DNA of 49,564 nucleotides from a virus (lineage: Duplodnaviria; Caudoviricetes): IMG/VR virus record IMGVR_UViG_3300030430_004527, positions 1 through 49,564 of that record; one strand, given 5' to 3'. Made by a program: the position numbers and the translations under genes. Under the pieces are notes generated by a model. It was not told the DNA's origin. It did no database searches and saw only the letters and a program-made list of their open reading frames with translations. Of this stretch, positions 1 to 8,568 are shown piece after piece; the first letter of the stretch is position 1; every line of letters starts with the position of its first letter.

Positions 1-1759
1 TTGTTTGCAGAGGCACATATGGTGCATATACATAACCTGACTCAAGGAAAGAAGAGCCTTTACGACCAACCAAGATTGCGTTACGTGGGAAGTAAGGATC
101 AACAATGATGTCGAACTTACGGTTCAAAGAACCAACCTTAACAGCGCCGATGTCGCCTTTATCAGCGTCAGCAGTAACGTTCGCACGGAAACCAGCTGTG
201 AATTCCAAGATGTTAGCAACTTCAGGAGAAACAACTACGAAGTTAGCACCACCACGCAAAGTCTTACGATGGATTTGTGCAGATACGTCGTTGATAGTTT
301 CGATCAAAGTTTCATACCACTCAGATACAGTACCAGTGAAGTCAGGAGCAGCAGAAGTAGCGCCCAATTCTTGACCAGTCAAACGATCAACAAACAAACC
401 AGGTGAACGAGACCAGTAGTAAGTCGCAGCAGTTGCACCGTTTACAAGGTCAGCCAAGATTTCACGATCCAATTCGAGAGCGATTTGCTCAGAAAGGATA
501 GAAGTCAATTCAACTTCAGCATCCAAGTTGTGGTAAGCGTTCAAGTCTTGACCCAATTCTGGAGTCCACTTTGCTTTCAACTTCTTGGTTTGAGCTGTGA
601 TAGCGGTTGAGTCAACCTTGATGTCGATCTCAGGAATGCTTTCTGTATTCTCAAGCAACATTGTGAATGCATTAAGAGCACCACCTTCAGCAGTACCAAC
701 ACCAACAGTGTCTTTGGCGGGGAATTGCAATCTTGGTACAGCGGCTGTACCTGCGGATAGGCTACCAGCATTTCCAGTTGATCCTGCGGCGAAAGCAGTT
801 ACGTCAGCAACTGTGACTGCGATAACAAAACGAATTGCTTTATCGTCAGTCGCAGCTTCACCTAATGCAGCCAATTGAGTCAGACGACGAACTTGAGAGA
901 GAGCTGTGATTTCAGCATCGCCCACAGTAATGCCTGTAATTCCAGAAAGAACATCGCAAATGTTATTAGTAGTTGACGTATCTCCATTGATAGCACCGGA
1001 TCTAATTTCTTCGAAAGAGAAAGCAGAAAGGTTATCTAGATCTGGATTTGTAAGTCTGTCTTCTTCAATATCCAAAACAATAATACCGATGCTAGAATCG
1101 TCATTAGATAACAAATCAGGATCGTATTTAAGTAATTTTTTGTTTGCCTCAGACACGTTGCCGTCCAAAAGGAAGGTTGCCTTTACTTGCATTTCATCAG
1201 AGTTGGTACCGGTGATTGCATCGTGAGTACCAAGCGGAGAAGCGTAAGCATAACCAGTTGACCCACCACGACCTGGGCCACCAAGATCACCGCCGCGTTC
1301 ATCAACAAGGTCAACACCATTAATGACACCAGAACCAGTTTGAGCAGTACCATAAATTGATTCAGCAGCTTTGTTACCAAAGCGAGAAGATGCATCATGT
1401 TCACCAGCAATATCACTGGAGTATGTGAAATCCATGAAGAAGATCAATCCAGATGGAAGAGACATTGGTTGAACAGAAACCAAGTCGTTTGCAATCAATC
1501 CAGCGAATACACGACGAACGATTGGGAAAGCAACAGCGGCAAAACCTTCAACAGATCCAGGTGATCCAGCCATTGTAGTAGCCTCGCGAAGTAATTCTTT
1601 TGCTTGGTTTTCAAGCAAGCGAGCCATGTTGTGCTTGTCATTGTCGTTAGACAAGCCTTCAAGTAGACCAGTTTGAGTCCACTTGTTCAGAAGAGCGGCA
1701 CCTTCTTGTTGCATATTGCGGTTAACCACCCCTTCTGTAAGAGTTTCGATAATAGACAT
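1..1759 (-). CDS. Major capsid protein, T4 gp23-like (3' end runs off the window)
   Basis: Not in the ORF track because it is truncated. Manual translation from ATG 1759 (SD AAGGAG upstream): MSIIETLTEG...AVAFPIVRRVFAGLIANDLVSVQPMSLPSGLIFF...KLKAKWTPELGQDLNAYHNLDAEVELTSILSEQIALELDREIL...GYVYAPYVPLQT, which are gp23-family signatures. Confidence 0.95.
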   Translation of the reverse strand, partial: MSIIETLTEGVVNRNMQQEGAALLNKWTQTGLLEGLSNDNDKHNMARLLENQAKELLREATTMAGSPGSVEGFAAVAFPIVRRVFAGLIANDLVSVQPMSLPSGLIFFMDFTYSSDIAGEHDASSRFGNKAAESIYGTAQTGSGVINGVDLVDERGGDLGGPGRGGSTGYAYASPLGTHDAITGTNSDEMQVKATFLLDGNVSEANKKLLKYDPDLLSNDDSSIGIIVLDIEEDRLTNPDLDNLSAFSFEEIRSGAINGDTSTTNNICDVLSGITGITVGDAEITALSQVRRLTQLAALGEAATDDKAIRFVIAVTVADVTAFAAGSTGNAGSLSAGTAAVPRLQFPAKDTVGVGTAEGGALNAFTMLLENTESIPEIDIKVDSTAITAQTKKLKAKWTPELGQDLNAYHNLDAEVELTSILSEQIALELDREILADLVNGATAATYYWSRSPGLFVDRLTGQELGATSAAPDFTGTVSEWYETLIETINDVSAQIHRKTLRGGANFVVVSPEVANILEFTAGFRANVTADADKGDIGAVKVGSLNRKFDIIVDPYFPRNAILVGRKGSSFLESGYVYAPYVPLQT

Positions 1760-1776
1760 TGTAAAATCTCCTTAAA

Positions 1777-2943
1777 TTATTTTTTTATGCCTGCAAGCTT
1801 TTGCATCTTCTCCAAGAATGGATCGTTGCTTTGCTTGCTTTCGTTAATGTTTTGTCTCGAATTCAACATAGAACTTAAGTTCGAACGTCGGTTGACTGAC
1901 TCGCTAAGTGATTGTGGATCTCTTTTGCGGTTAGGCGTCGATCCCACTGTAGCTCTGAGTGTCTCATGAAGTCTTTTAGCTTCTTTCGGAGACTCCGCAT
2001 TAGCAATGGCTTCGACAATTTTAGATTTTTGTCGCTCATTCAGGGAGGCATCGCTCAGTGTGCGGTTTTGATATAAAAGTTTTGCGTTAGATAGTAGAGT
2101 CTCCTCAAGGTGGATTTCCAACTTGGTAAGGACGCTCTCCAATTGAGAGTTTTGTTGCGTCAGAGATCCTACTGTCTCGTGCAGGTCATTTACTTGACCC
2201 AATAATTCTTCGTTTACGTCATCTTCCTCTTCGGATTCTTCTCCGTAAAGCAGTTCGGCCATGTCTGCATTGAACTCTTCTCTTGATTTGTTGTGTCTCC
2301 ACACTCCAAGAGCATCATCTTCAGGTCGATAATCGATGTGCATTGCTTCTTCAAGAGCTTCGTCTTCTTCTTCGAGCATATTGAGGACTTCTTGAAGTTG
2401 AAGGTCAAGATCGTCTCCTCCACCAGCATCATCTCCTCCGAGGTCCAAATCTCCACCCAGATCGTCTCCACCAGCATCGTCAGGTGTTCCCATATCTGAG
2501 CCAGAAAGATCGCCTGAGGCGCCTTCTGCGCCTTCTGCTCCTTGTGCTAAATCGATTGGCTCTGGATCAAGATCTCCGAAGTCAAGTTCAATTTCATCAT
2601 TTTCATCAAATGGAAGGTTATCAAGCATTGCAGACATTCTAACGTACACATCTTCAGAGCCTGGTCGAGAGTCATAAGCAGCCGGAGCTTCAATGGTCGC
2701 AGATGTACCTGCTGGTGCTGCTCCTCCCGTAGGCGCTGCCTCTTCTTCTTGAATGATTTCATCTTCTGCTTCGGCTATCATTTCTTCTACCCTAGATGGA
2801 GCATCATCCATCTCAAGCATTTGATCAACCGCTTCTTTGATTTGCTTCGAGTACTTGTCAAGAACTGATTGTTCTGCATTTTTAATCGCTTGCTCTCTAA
2901 GTGCGGCCGCGTCGGCAATTGCCTGTTCTAGCATGTTGGACAT
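1777..2943 (-). CDS. Prohead core/scaffold protein (gp22-like role)
   Basis: Very acidic, coiled-coil protein immediately upstream of the MCP, with many L/I-x-E sites and C-terminal MQKLAGIKK. Start moved to ATG 2943 (GGGAGA SD). Confidence 0.75.
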   Translation of the reverse strand: MSNMLEQAIADAAALREQAIKNAEQSVLDKYSKQIKEAVDQMLEMDDAPSRVEEMIAEAEDEIIQEEEAAPTGGAAPAGTSATIEAPAAYDSRPGSEDVYVRMSAMLDNLPFDENDEIELDFGDLDPEPIDLAQGAEGAEGASGDLSGSDMGTPDDAGGDDLGGDLDLGGDDAGGGDDLDLQLQEVLNMLEEEDEALEEAMHIDYRPEDDALGVWRHNKSREEFNADMAELLYGEESEEEDDVNEELLGQVNDLHETVGSLTQQNSQLESVLTKLEIHLEETLLSNAKLLYQNRTLSDASLNERQKSKIVEAIANAESPKEAKRLHETLRATVGSTPNRKRDPQSLSESVNRRSNLSSMLNSRQNINESKQSNDPFLEKMQKLAGIKK

Positions 2944-2974
2944 TAAATCATCTCCCATTTTTGTTTTTCTCCAA

Positions 2975-2982
2975 TAAATAGT
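2975..2982 (-). promoter_or_regulatory. Putative late-promoter motif ACTATTTA upstream of scaffold/MCP
   Basis: The motif recurs about 20-33 nt upstream of several structural-gene starts. A second near-copy lies at 2984-2991. Confidence 0.55.
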
Positions 2983-3020
2983 GTAAATAGATTTTAAAGT
3001 ACAAAAGAAGGCTTAAAAAG

Positions 3021-3050
3021 AAAAAACCCCCACACCAAAGGTATGAGGGA
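3021..3050 (-). terminator. Intrinsic terminator
   Basis: Minus-strand hairpin CCTCATACC-TTT-GGTGTGGGG followed by a T-tract, downstream of the 3079 stop. Confidence 0.7.
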
Positions 3051-3078
3051 ATATGTTCAAATAGGAATTATTTAATTG

Positions 3079-4209
3079 TTAGATTTGAGAAGCAGATTCA
3101 ATTCCCATTAGACGATCAGTTTGCGCAGCGATTGCAGCAACCTGTTCATCAGTTAGGGCAATTCCACCTTCAATTTGTATTGAATCAAATTGACCTTTTG
3201 CAGATTTACCAGATTGTCCACTACCTCCAAAGCTAAAGAGATCGTTTGCAGCAGAAGGTAAAAGCTTAGATCCCAAAGCAAAACTTCTAGAACTTGGGAG
3301 CTTGTTTCCATCAATGTAAACGCTAACTACAAGATTGGATCCATTTGACTTACATGTGATTGCACAATGTATCCAATTCCCACCCATAGCTACACCAATT
3401 CCATTATTGAAGATATACTGATTACCTATACGAACTTGAATGTTGGGATTAGGAATACCATTAGTCTTAGCCGCAGTCATATTCATTGAGAATCTTTTAG
3501 GCGAGTCTTGACCAAGAATTGAAATGCTATTCGCCGCCTGACTATTGTTTAGTTTCATCCACCAAGAAATGGTAAATTCTTCATCAACTGGTTGGCCATC
3601 ATCGCCGTACGCAATGATGTTGTCGTTATTCAATCGGAACCTAATCATATGGTCCATCCCATGTCCGTTGTCGGTAAGGATTCCTGGATTGGGGAGTCTT
3701 TCAAGAAGATTTAAGAAATTTGGTTGAGCAGGAGACTCGCCACCTTCTCCACCCTCAGACTCAACAGTGTAAGATTCTCCTTCGGCAAGCCATCTTAATG
3801 TCCCGTCAGACATAATCGTCAAAAATTTACCTTCATCGTTTCCACGATAAACAGGAACGTCATCGAAGTGATATAATTTTCTAGTATCATCTGTGACGGC
3901 TAACTCAAAATTGTGAACATCTTCTGCATTCTCTGAGGACAAAAAAGAAACTCGAACGGTTTGAACTGATCCTGTTTTTGATTCAAAGTAATACTTTTGA
4001 TAAATTACGTCTGTGATAAAATCGCTGATAAGACCATCTGTATCGTGAATCATAGTCCAGCTACTTCCGTCAAAACCGTAAATTTTTATGCTAACTCCGC
4101 GAAGATTAACCGACATTTTAAAAGTATGACCAGCAGGTGGAACAAAGCCATCTGCATGCTGGGGCACATCTGGATATGCTATTTTTCTTAATAATTTAGA
4201 TTTTTTCAT
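3079..4209 (-). CDS. Virion-associated protein with C-terminal LamG/concanavalin-like domain
   Basis: FTISWWMK...WIHCAIT...VYIDG...GQFDSIQI...ALTDEQVAAI is a LamG-like pattern. The N-terminal part resembles 4222..4701. Confidence 0.7.
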   Translation of the reverse strand: MKKSKLLRKIAYPDVPQHADGFVPPAGHTFKMSVNLRGVSIKIYGFDGSSWTMIHDTDGLISDFITDVIYQKYYFESKTGSVQTVRVSFLSSENAEDVHNFELAVTDDTRKLYHFDDVPVYRGNDEGKFLTIMSDGTLRWLAEGESYTVESEGGEGGESPAQPNFLNLLERLPNPGILTDNGHGMDHMIRFRLNNDNIIAYGDDGQPVDEEFTISWWMKLNNSQAANSISILGQDSPKRFSMNMTAAKTNGIPNPNIQVRIGNQYIFNNGIGVAMGGNWIHCAITCKSNGSNLVVSVYIDGNKLPSSRSFALGSKLLPSAANDLFSFGGSGQSGKSAKGQFDSIQIEGGIALTDEQVAAIAAQTDRLMGIESASQI

Positions 4210-4221
4210 TTTTAGATCTCC

Positions 4222-4701
4222 TTATCTAGCAATCCAAGCCAAGTTTCCTTGATCATTTACGGAAAGAATCTTGCCCGCATCTGCTTGGGTAAACGCTGGG
4301 ACATCAGATACATCTTGAAGCTTTAAGGCTTCTGCCTGCTGACCAGGCAAAATATGTGGCGCAACAACGGCATCTTCAACAAAAAAGTATCTAACAGATT
4401 CTTCTTGTCCAGATTTAGATACAAAGAATATATCCACCCACTCCGCTAAGTTTACAGTGAGAGTATCGGCTGGGGGCAACCCTGCGGCGAGAGCATCATT
4501 GAATCCGTTGCCTCGGACTGTATCGATTAGATGATATCCATTTCCGTCATTAATTGCCTTCTCTCCCCAAACTTCAATCTCAGCAAAACCAACGACAATA
4601 AGTGCACTAGCGTTTGCAGATTCATCTCCATTTAGGATGCCGATACTTCCATTATCAGGTTCAGTTAAGCCGGCATTAGATTTATTTAATTTCATAGACA
4701 T
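4222..4701 (-). CDS. Hypothetical virion protein, paralog of the N-terminal half of 3079..4209
   Basis: ORF with GGAGG SD. Shares DVP...D.GK.L....G.L.W.A and F.SK.G....VR..F with the neighbour. Confidence 0.7.
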   Translation of the reverse strand: MSMKLNKSNAGLTEPDNGSIGILNGDESANASALIVVGFAEIEVWGEKAINDGNGYHLIDTVRGNGFNDALAAGLPPADTLTVNLAEWVDIFFVSKSGQEESVRYFFVEDAVVAPHILPGQQAEALKLQDVSDVPAFTQADAGKILSVNDQGNLAWIAR

Positions 4702-4732
4702 TTTATTTCCTCCATTATTAATAAGTGTCTGT

Positions 4733-4763
4733 AAAAAAAGCCCCGAAGATTTCTCCTCGGGGC
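4733..4763 (-). terminator. Intrinsic terminator
   Basis: GCCCCGA...TCGGGGC stem followed by T7 on the minus strand, after the 1177-aa gene. Confidence 0.8.
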
Positions 4764-4809
4764 CAAATGAGCAATGCTCAATAGCATTGAGGATTAGCTC
4801 AAGATGTTA

Positions 4810-7800
4810 TTACATCATGTAGTATACGTCACCGTGCTCAACGAAAGTTACAGAAGAACCTGGGTACAACTTAACTTTACCATCACCTTCGCCATCGATA
4901 GTCTTACCTGCAGGAGCAGTGAATTCCATCGCTTCAGTAGAGGCAGCAGCCAAAGAAACTGTTACCTTGTAATTTGGTGAAAGAACTGGAAGCACAGCAA
5001 GTGAATCCGCACCATTGTTTTGAATGATGTACATTGGATCATCAGCAGTCAAAGTCAATGAAGCAGAAGCAACAGCATTAGTGATAAAGCTAACTTTTAC
5101 TTGACCATCGATCATTTGATTTTGCTTAGATTCAATATCATTCTCTTTTGCAGTTGCACGAGCGATTTCATTAGTTAAGTTGGTAGAAATCGTTGTATCA
5201 GCAGCCTCAAAAGCAGCTTGAAGAGCGTCATCAGCAGCTTCAAATGAAGCAGTTATAGCAACCTCACCAGCAACACGAGCAGCAACTTCATCAGCAAGAT
5301 CACCTTCCAACTCAGTCATATCAGCCAAGAAAGAAGCTTCCATTGCAGAGTCAGCAGCTTGGAATGCAGCAGTTACAACAGCATCAGCAGCAGCGAATTC
5401 ACCTTGAAGAGTTGCCTTTTCGTTAGCCAATTCAACACGGATAGCTGCACGATCATCAGTAGCACCTTGGAAAGAAACTACATTAGCAGCTTCGTGCGCA
5501 GACAAAGATGCTTCAACAGCGTCAACTTGACCTTCAAGCTCAGACTTAGCAGTAGCGATATCAGAAGCAACAGTAGCAGCGAAGTTTTCGTCGTCACCGA
5601 TAGCAGCAGCCAATTCGTTCAAGGTATCCAACAATTCTGGAGCAGAATCTACAAGACCAGCAACAGCAGCGTCAGTGTGAGCGATAGCTTCAGACTTAGC
5701 AGTAGCGATATCAGCAGTCAACTCAGCCTTAAGACCAACACGAGCTTGCTCAGCAGCTACGAAATCAGCATTGGTAGCAGCAATCTCTGCGTCAAGAGCA
5801 GCAGTGAAAGAATTTTCCAATGAAGTGATTTCAGCATCAGTGTGAGCATTCGCATCAGCCAATGCTTGAGCTTCAGCAGCTTGTGCACGAGCGATCTCAG
5901 AAACCAAATCTGCAGCGATTGCATCACGACCAGCACCAGCAGAGATGAAGTCAGCGTTTGTAGCAGCAATTTCTGCGTCCAATTGGCTTTGAAGATCAGC
6001 AACAGCAGCAAGCATAGCAGTATTTTCAGCAGAAACTGCGGCAATACGAGCATCTTCTTCAGCTTGCAATGCATCAGCCAAAGATTCTTCTGCAGCTTCA
6101 GCACGTTGTTGTTCAGCAGAAATAGCATTAGTGTTTACAAGTTCAGCAGCTTGTGCACGAGCAATTTCAGAAGCCAAAGCAGCATTGTTAGAAACTACAT
6201 AGTCATCATGCTTACCTTCGATACGAGCTTCTTCGCCTTCACGAACAGCAGTCTCAGCATTAGCAGCAGCTTCAACAGCAGCTTCCAAAGTAGAGATTTC
6301 TGAATCAGTGTGAGCATTTGCAGAAGACAATGTTGAAACATCACCAGCAGCAAATTCGCCACGAATAGCAGCTTCTTGTCCTTCAGCACGAGTCTTTTCA
6401 GTCAAGATGTCTGCAGCCAAAGCATCATCAGCATTAGAACGAGCAGTTGCTTCAGAAGAAACAGCAGCAATACGTCCAGCTTCTTCAGCGTCGATTGCAT
6501 TAGATAATGCAAGTTCAGCAGCTTCAGCACGATTCTTTTCTACAAGTACATCTGCATCAATCTCTGCTTGCATCTCAGCCTTAAGAGCATCATCAGCAGT
6601 AACAAATTCACCACGGATAGCAGCTTCTTGACCAAGAGCACGATTCTTTTCAGTAAGAATATCAGCAGCCAAGCCAGATTCTGCGGTAGAAGCACGAGAA
6701 GCCTCTGCAGAGATTGCAGATGCGTTATCGGCGATATCAGAAGTGTGAGTGTTATCTTGTGCTTTAAGAGCATCGATCTCAGCAGTGAAAGCATCTTCCA
6801 TTGATTGATCAGCAGCAGCAAACTCAGAACGGATCGCAGCGCGATCAGAAGTTGCAGAACCAAAACGAGTGGTAGTAGAAGCAATTTCGTTATCCAAAGC
6901 TGTTTGAAGTGCAGCATCACCAGACTCACGATCAGATTCTTCAGAAGCCAAAGCAGCGTCATTAGAAGCTATGTATGCATCCAAAGAAGATTGAACACCA
7001 GAAACAGCAGCAATACGAGCAGCTTGTTCATTAGAATCAGCAAGTTCCAAAGCAGCCTTAGCTTCGTTGAAATTCAAAACGTGAGCAGCAAAAGCTTCAT
7101 CGTTTTCAGTATCAACAGAGTTGATCAAGTCAACGATTTCTTTGAATGAGTCAGCATCAGCAGTAGAAGCAGCCAAGATAGCGTCGATACGACCTTTCTC
7201 AGTTGCGATCTCACCAGAAAGACCAGCTTCAGCAGCAAGAGCACGATCTTCTTCAGCTTGCAATGCATCAGCCAAAGATTCTTCAGCAGCTTCAGCGCGA
7301 ACTTGTTCTGCAGTGATTGCAGCAGCATTTGCTTGTTCTGCGGCACGAGCAGTAGCAGCTTCGGTATTCAAAGAAGATTGAAGACCAGCTTCCGCAGCTT
7401 CAGCACGATTCTTTTCTACAAGTACATCAGCGTCGATTTCAGCTTGCATTTCGCCCTTAAGAGTAGCGTCAGCAGCAGCGAATTCGCCACGAATCAAAGT
7501 CTCTTGACCTTCAGCGCGAGCTTGCTCAGCAGCAATATCGCCTTCCAACTCTGCTTCTTTACCAGTAGCACGAGCTACTTCAGAAGCCAAGTCTGCAGAG
7601 TTTTGATCTACATCACCTTGAAGAGCAGCTTCGGCAGCACGAGCAGTCGCAGCTTCAGAAGAAATTGCAGCAGCGTTAGCTTGTTCCGCAGCACGGGCAG
7701 TTGCAGCTTCAGAAGAAATTGCAGCAGCGTTTGCTTGCTCAGCAGCTTCAGCACGACCTTTTTCAGTCAAGATTGCAGCAGCATTATCATCAACTGAAGA

Positions 7801-8343
7801 TTGAAGACCAGCTTCTGCAGCTTGTGCGCGAGAAACCTCAGCACCCAAATCAGCAGAGTTTTGATCTACGTCACCACGAAGACCAGCTTCTACACCTTCA
7901 GCACGACCTTGTTCAGTCAAGATTGCAGCAGCGTTAGTAGCGATATCAGAATCGTTAGAAGTGATTTGACCTTGAAGACCAGCTTCAACACCCAATGCAC
8001 GAGTTTCTTCATCAGAAATCAAGTCAGCAAGTTCAGACTTGTCTGCAGCCAATTCAGAACGGATAGCAGCGCGATCTGTTGTAGCACCAGCAAAACCACT
8101 GGTTGTAAAATCTACGTGTGCTTGAACGTGACCCATACGAGCCAATTTGTTTTCTTCACCAGCAAGAAGACCAGTTTCGCAAGTCCATACGCCAAGAGGC
8201 ATTACAACTTCATCAGAAAAGTAGTCTAATTTTTTCATTACGCCTTGCGGGAACTCAATGTTCTCAGCAGGCAAGGCAACCATATCAAAACGTTCAACTT
8301 GATCGTCGTATACGATTACACCATTATTAAAATGTTTAGCCAT
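4810..8343 (-). CDS. Long Ala/Glu-rich coiled-coil fibre protein (virion fibre/decoration)
   Basis: 1177 aa with E..RA..AE repeats, the fibre-type motif LVDSAPELLDTLNELAAAIGDD, and a small C-terminal beta domain (TIDG). GGAGG SD and strongly biased codons. Confidence 0.75.
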   Translation of the reverse strand: MAKHFNNGVIVYDDQVERFDMVALPAENIEFPQGVMKKLDYFSDEVVMPLGVWTCETGLLAGEENKLARMGHVQAHVDFTTSGFAGATTDRAAIRSELAADKSELADLISDEETRALGVEAGLQGQITSNDSDIATNAAAILTEQGRAEGVEAGLRGDVDQNSADLGAEVSRAQAAEAGLQSSVDDNAAAILTEKGRAEAAEQANAAAISSEAATARAAEQANAAAISSEAATARAAEAALQGDVDQNSADLASEVARATGKEAELEGDIAAEQARAEGQETLIRGEFAAADATLKGEMQAEIDADVLVEKNRAEAAEAGLQSSLNTEAATARAAEQANAAAITAEQVRAEAAEESLADALQAEEDRALAAEAGLSGEIATEKGRIDAILAASTADADSFKEIVDLINSVDTENDEAFAAHVLNFNEAKAALELADSNEQAARIAAVSGVQSSLDAYIASNDAALASEESDRESGDAALQTALDNEIASTTTRFGSATSDRAAIRSEFAAADQSMEDAFTAEIDALKAQDNTHTSDIADNASAISAEASRASTAESGLAADILTEKNRALGQEAAIRGEFVTADDALKAEMQAEIDADVLVEKNRAEAAELALSNAIDAEEAGRIAAVSSEATARSNADDALAADILTEKTRAEGQEAAIRGEFAAGDVSTLSSANAHTDSEISTLEAAVEAAANAETAVREGEEARIEGKHDDYVVSNNAALASEIARAQAAELVNTNAISAEQQRAEAAEESLADALQAEEDARIAAVSAENTAMLAAVADLQSQLDAEIAATNADFISAGAGRDAIAADLVSEIARAQAAEAQALADANAHTDAEITSLENSFTAALDAEIAATNADFVAAEQARVGLKAELTADIATAKSEAIAHTDAAVAGLVDSAPELLDTLNELAAAIGDDENFAATVASDIATAKSELEGQVDAVEASLSAHEAANVVSFQGATDDRAAIRVELANEKATLQGEFAAADAVVTAAFQAADSAMEASFLADMTELEGDLADEVAARVAGEVAITASFEAADDALQAAFEAADTTISTNLTNEIARATAKENDIESKQNQMIDGQVKVSFITNAVASASLTLTADDPMYIIQNNGADSLAVLPVLSPNYKVTVSLAAASTEAMEFTAPAGKTIDGEGDGKVKLYPGSSVTFVEHGDVYYMM
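7634..7741. repeat. 54-nt near-perfect tandem duplication within the fibre gene
   Basis: Encodes EQANAAAISSEAATARAA twice. Confidence 0.8.
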
Positions 8344-8378
8344 TATTTATTCCTCCATAATAGTAAAATAATGTGACC

Positions 8379-8440
8379 TTTGATACAGATCAGTCTGTAT
8401 CAAAAGCAAGCTTCGGTGGGACATGTTTGTCTCTCCGAAG
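8379..8440. promoter_or_regulatory. Two tandem hairpins in the 5' leader of the 1177-aa gene
   Basis: Perfect 11-bp inverted repeat TTTGATACAGA-tcag-TCTGTATCAAA (8379-8404) and an imperfect stem CTTCGG..GGACA/TGTCT..CCGAAG (8411-8440). Confidence 0.6.
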
Positions 8441-8568
8441 GGTACACATAACTACACCGCTAATTTGCGAAAAGTAAATAAATTTTCACTAGTTTTGAAA
8501 ACAACTTTTTAAACGTTAAAAAAAGTTTAAAAAAGTCTAATCTTTCGGTAGCAACGGAGGTATAGAGA

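Noticed and set aside
5359-8330. Many plus-strand and alternate-frame ORFs over the fibre gene and elsewhere
   Set aside because: These are shadows of biased, repetitive codons in the real minus-strand genes. They give Ser- or Leu-rich nonsense translations with no SD.
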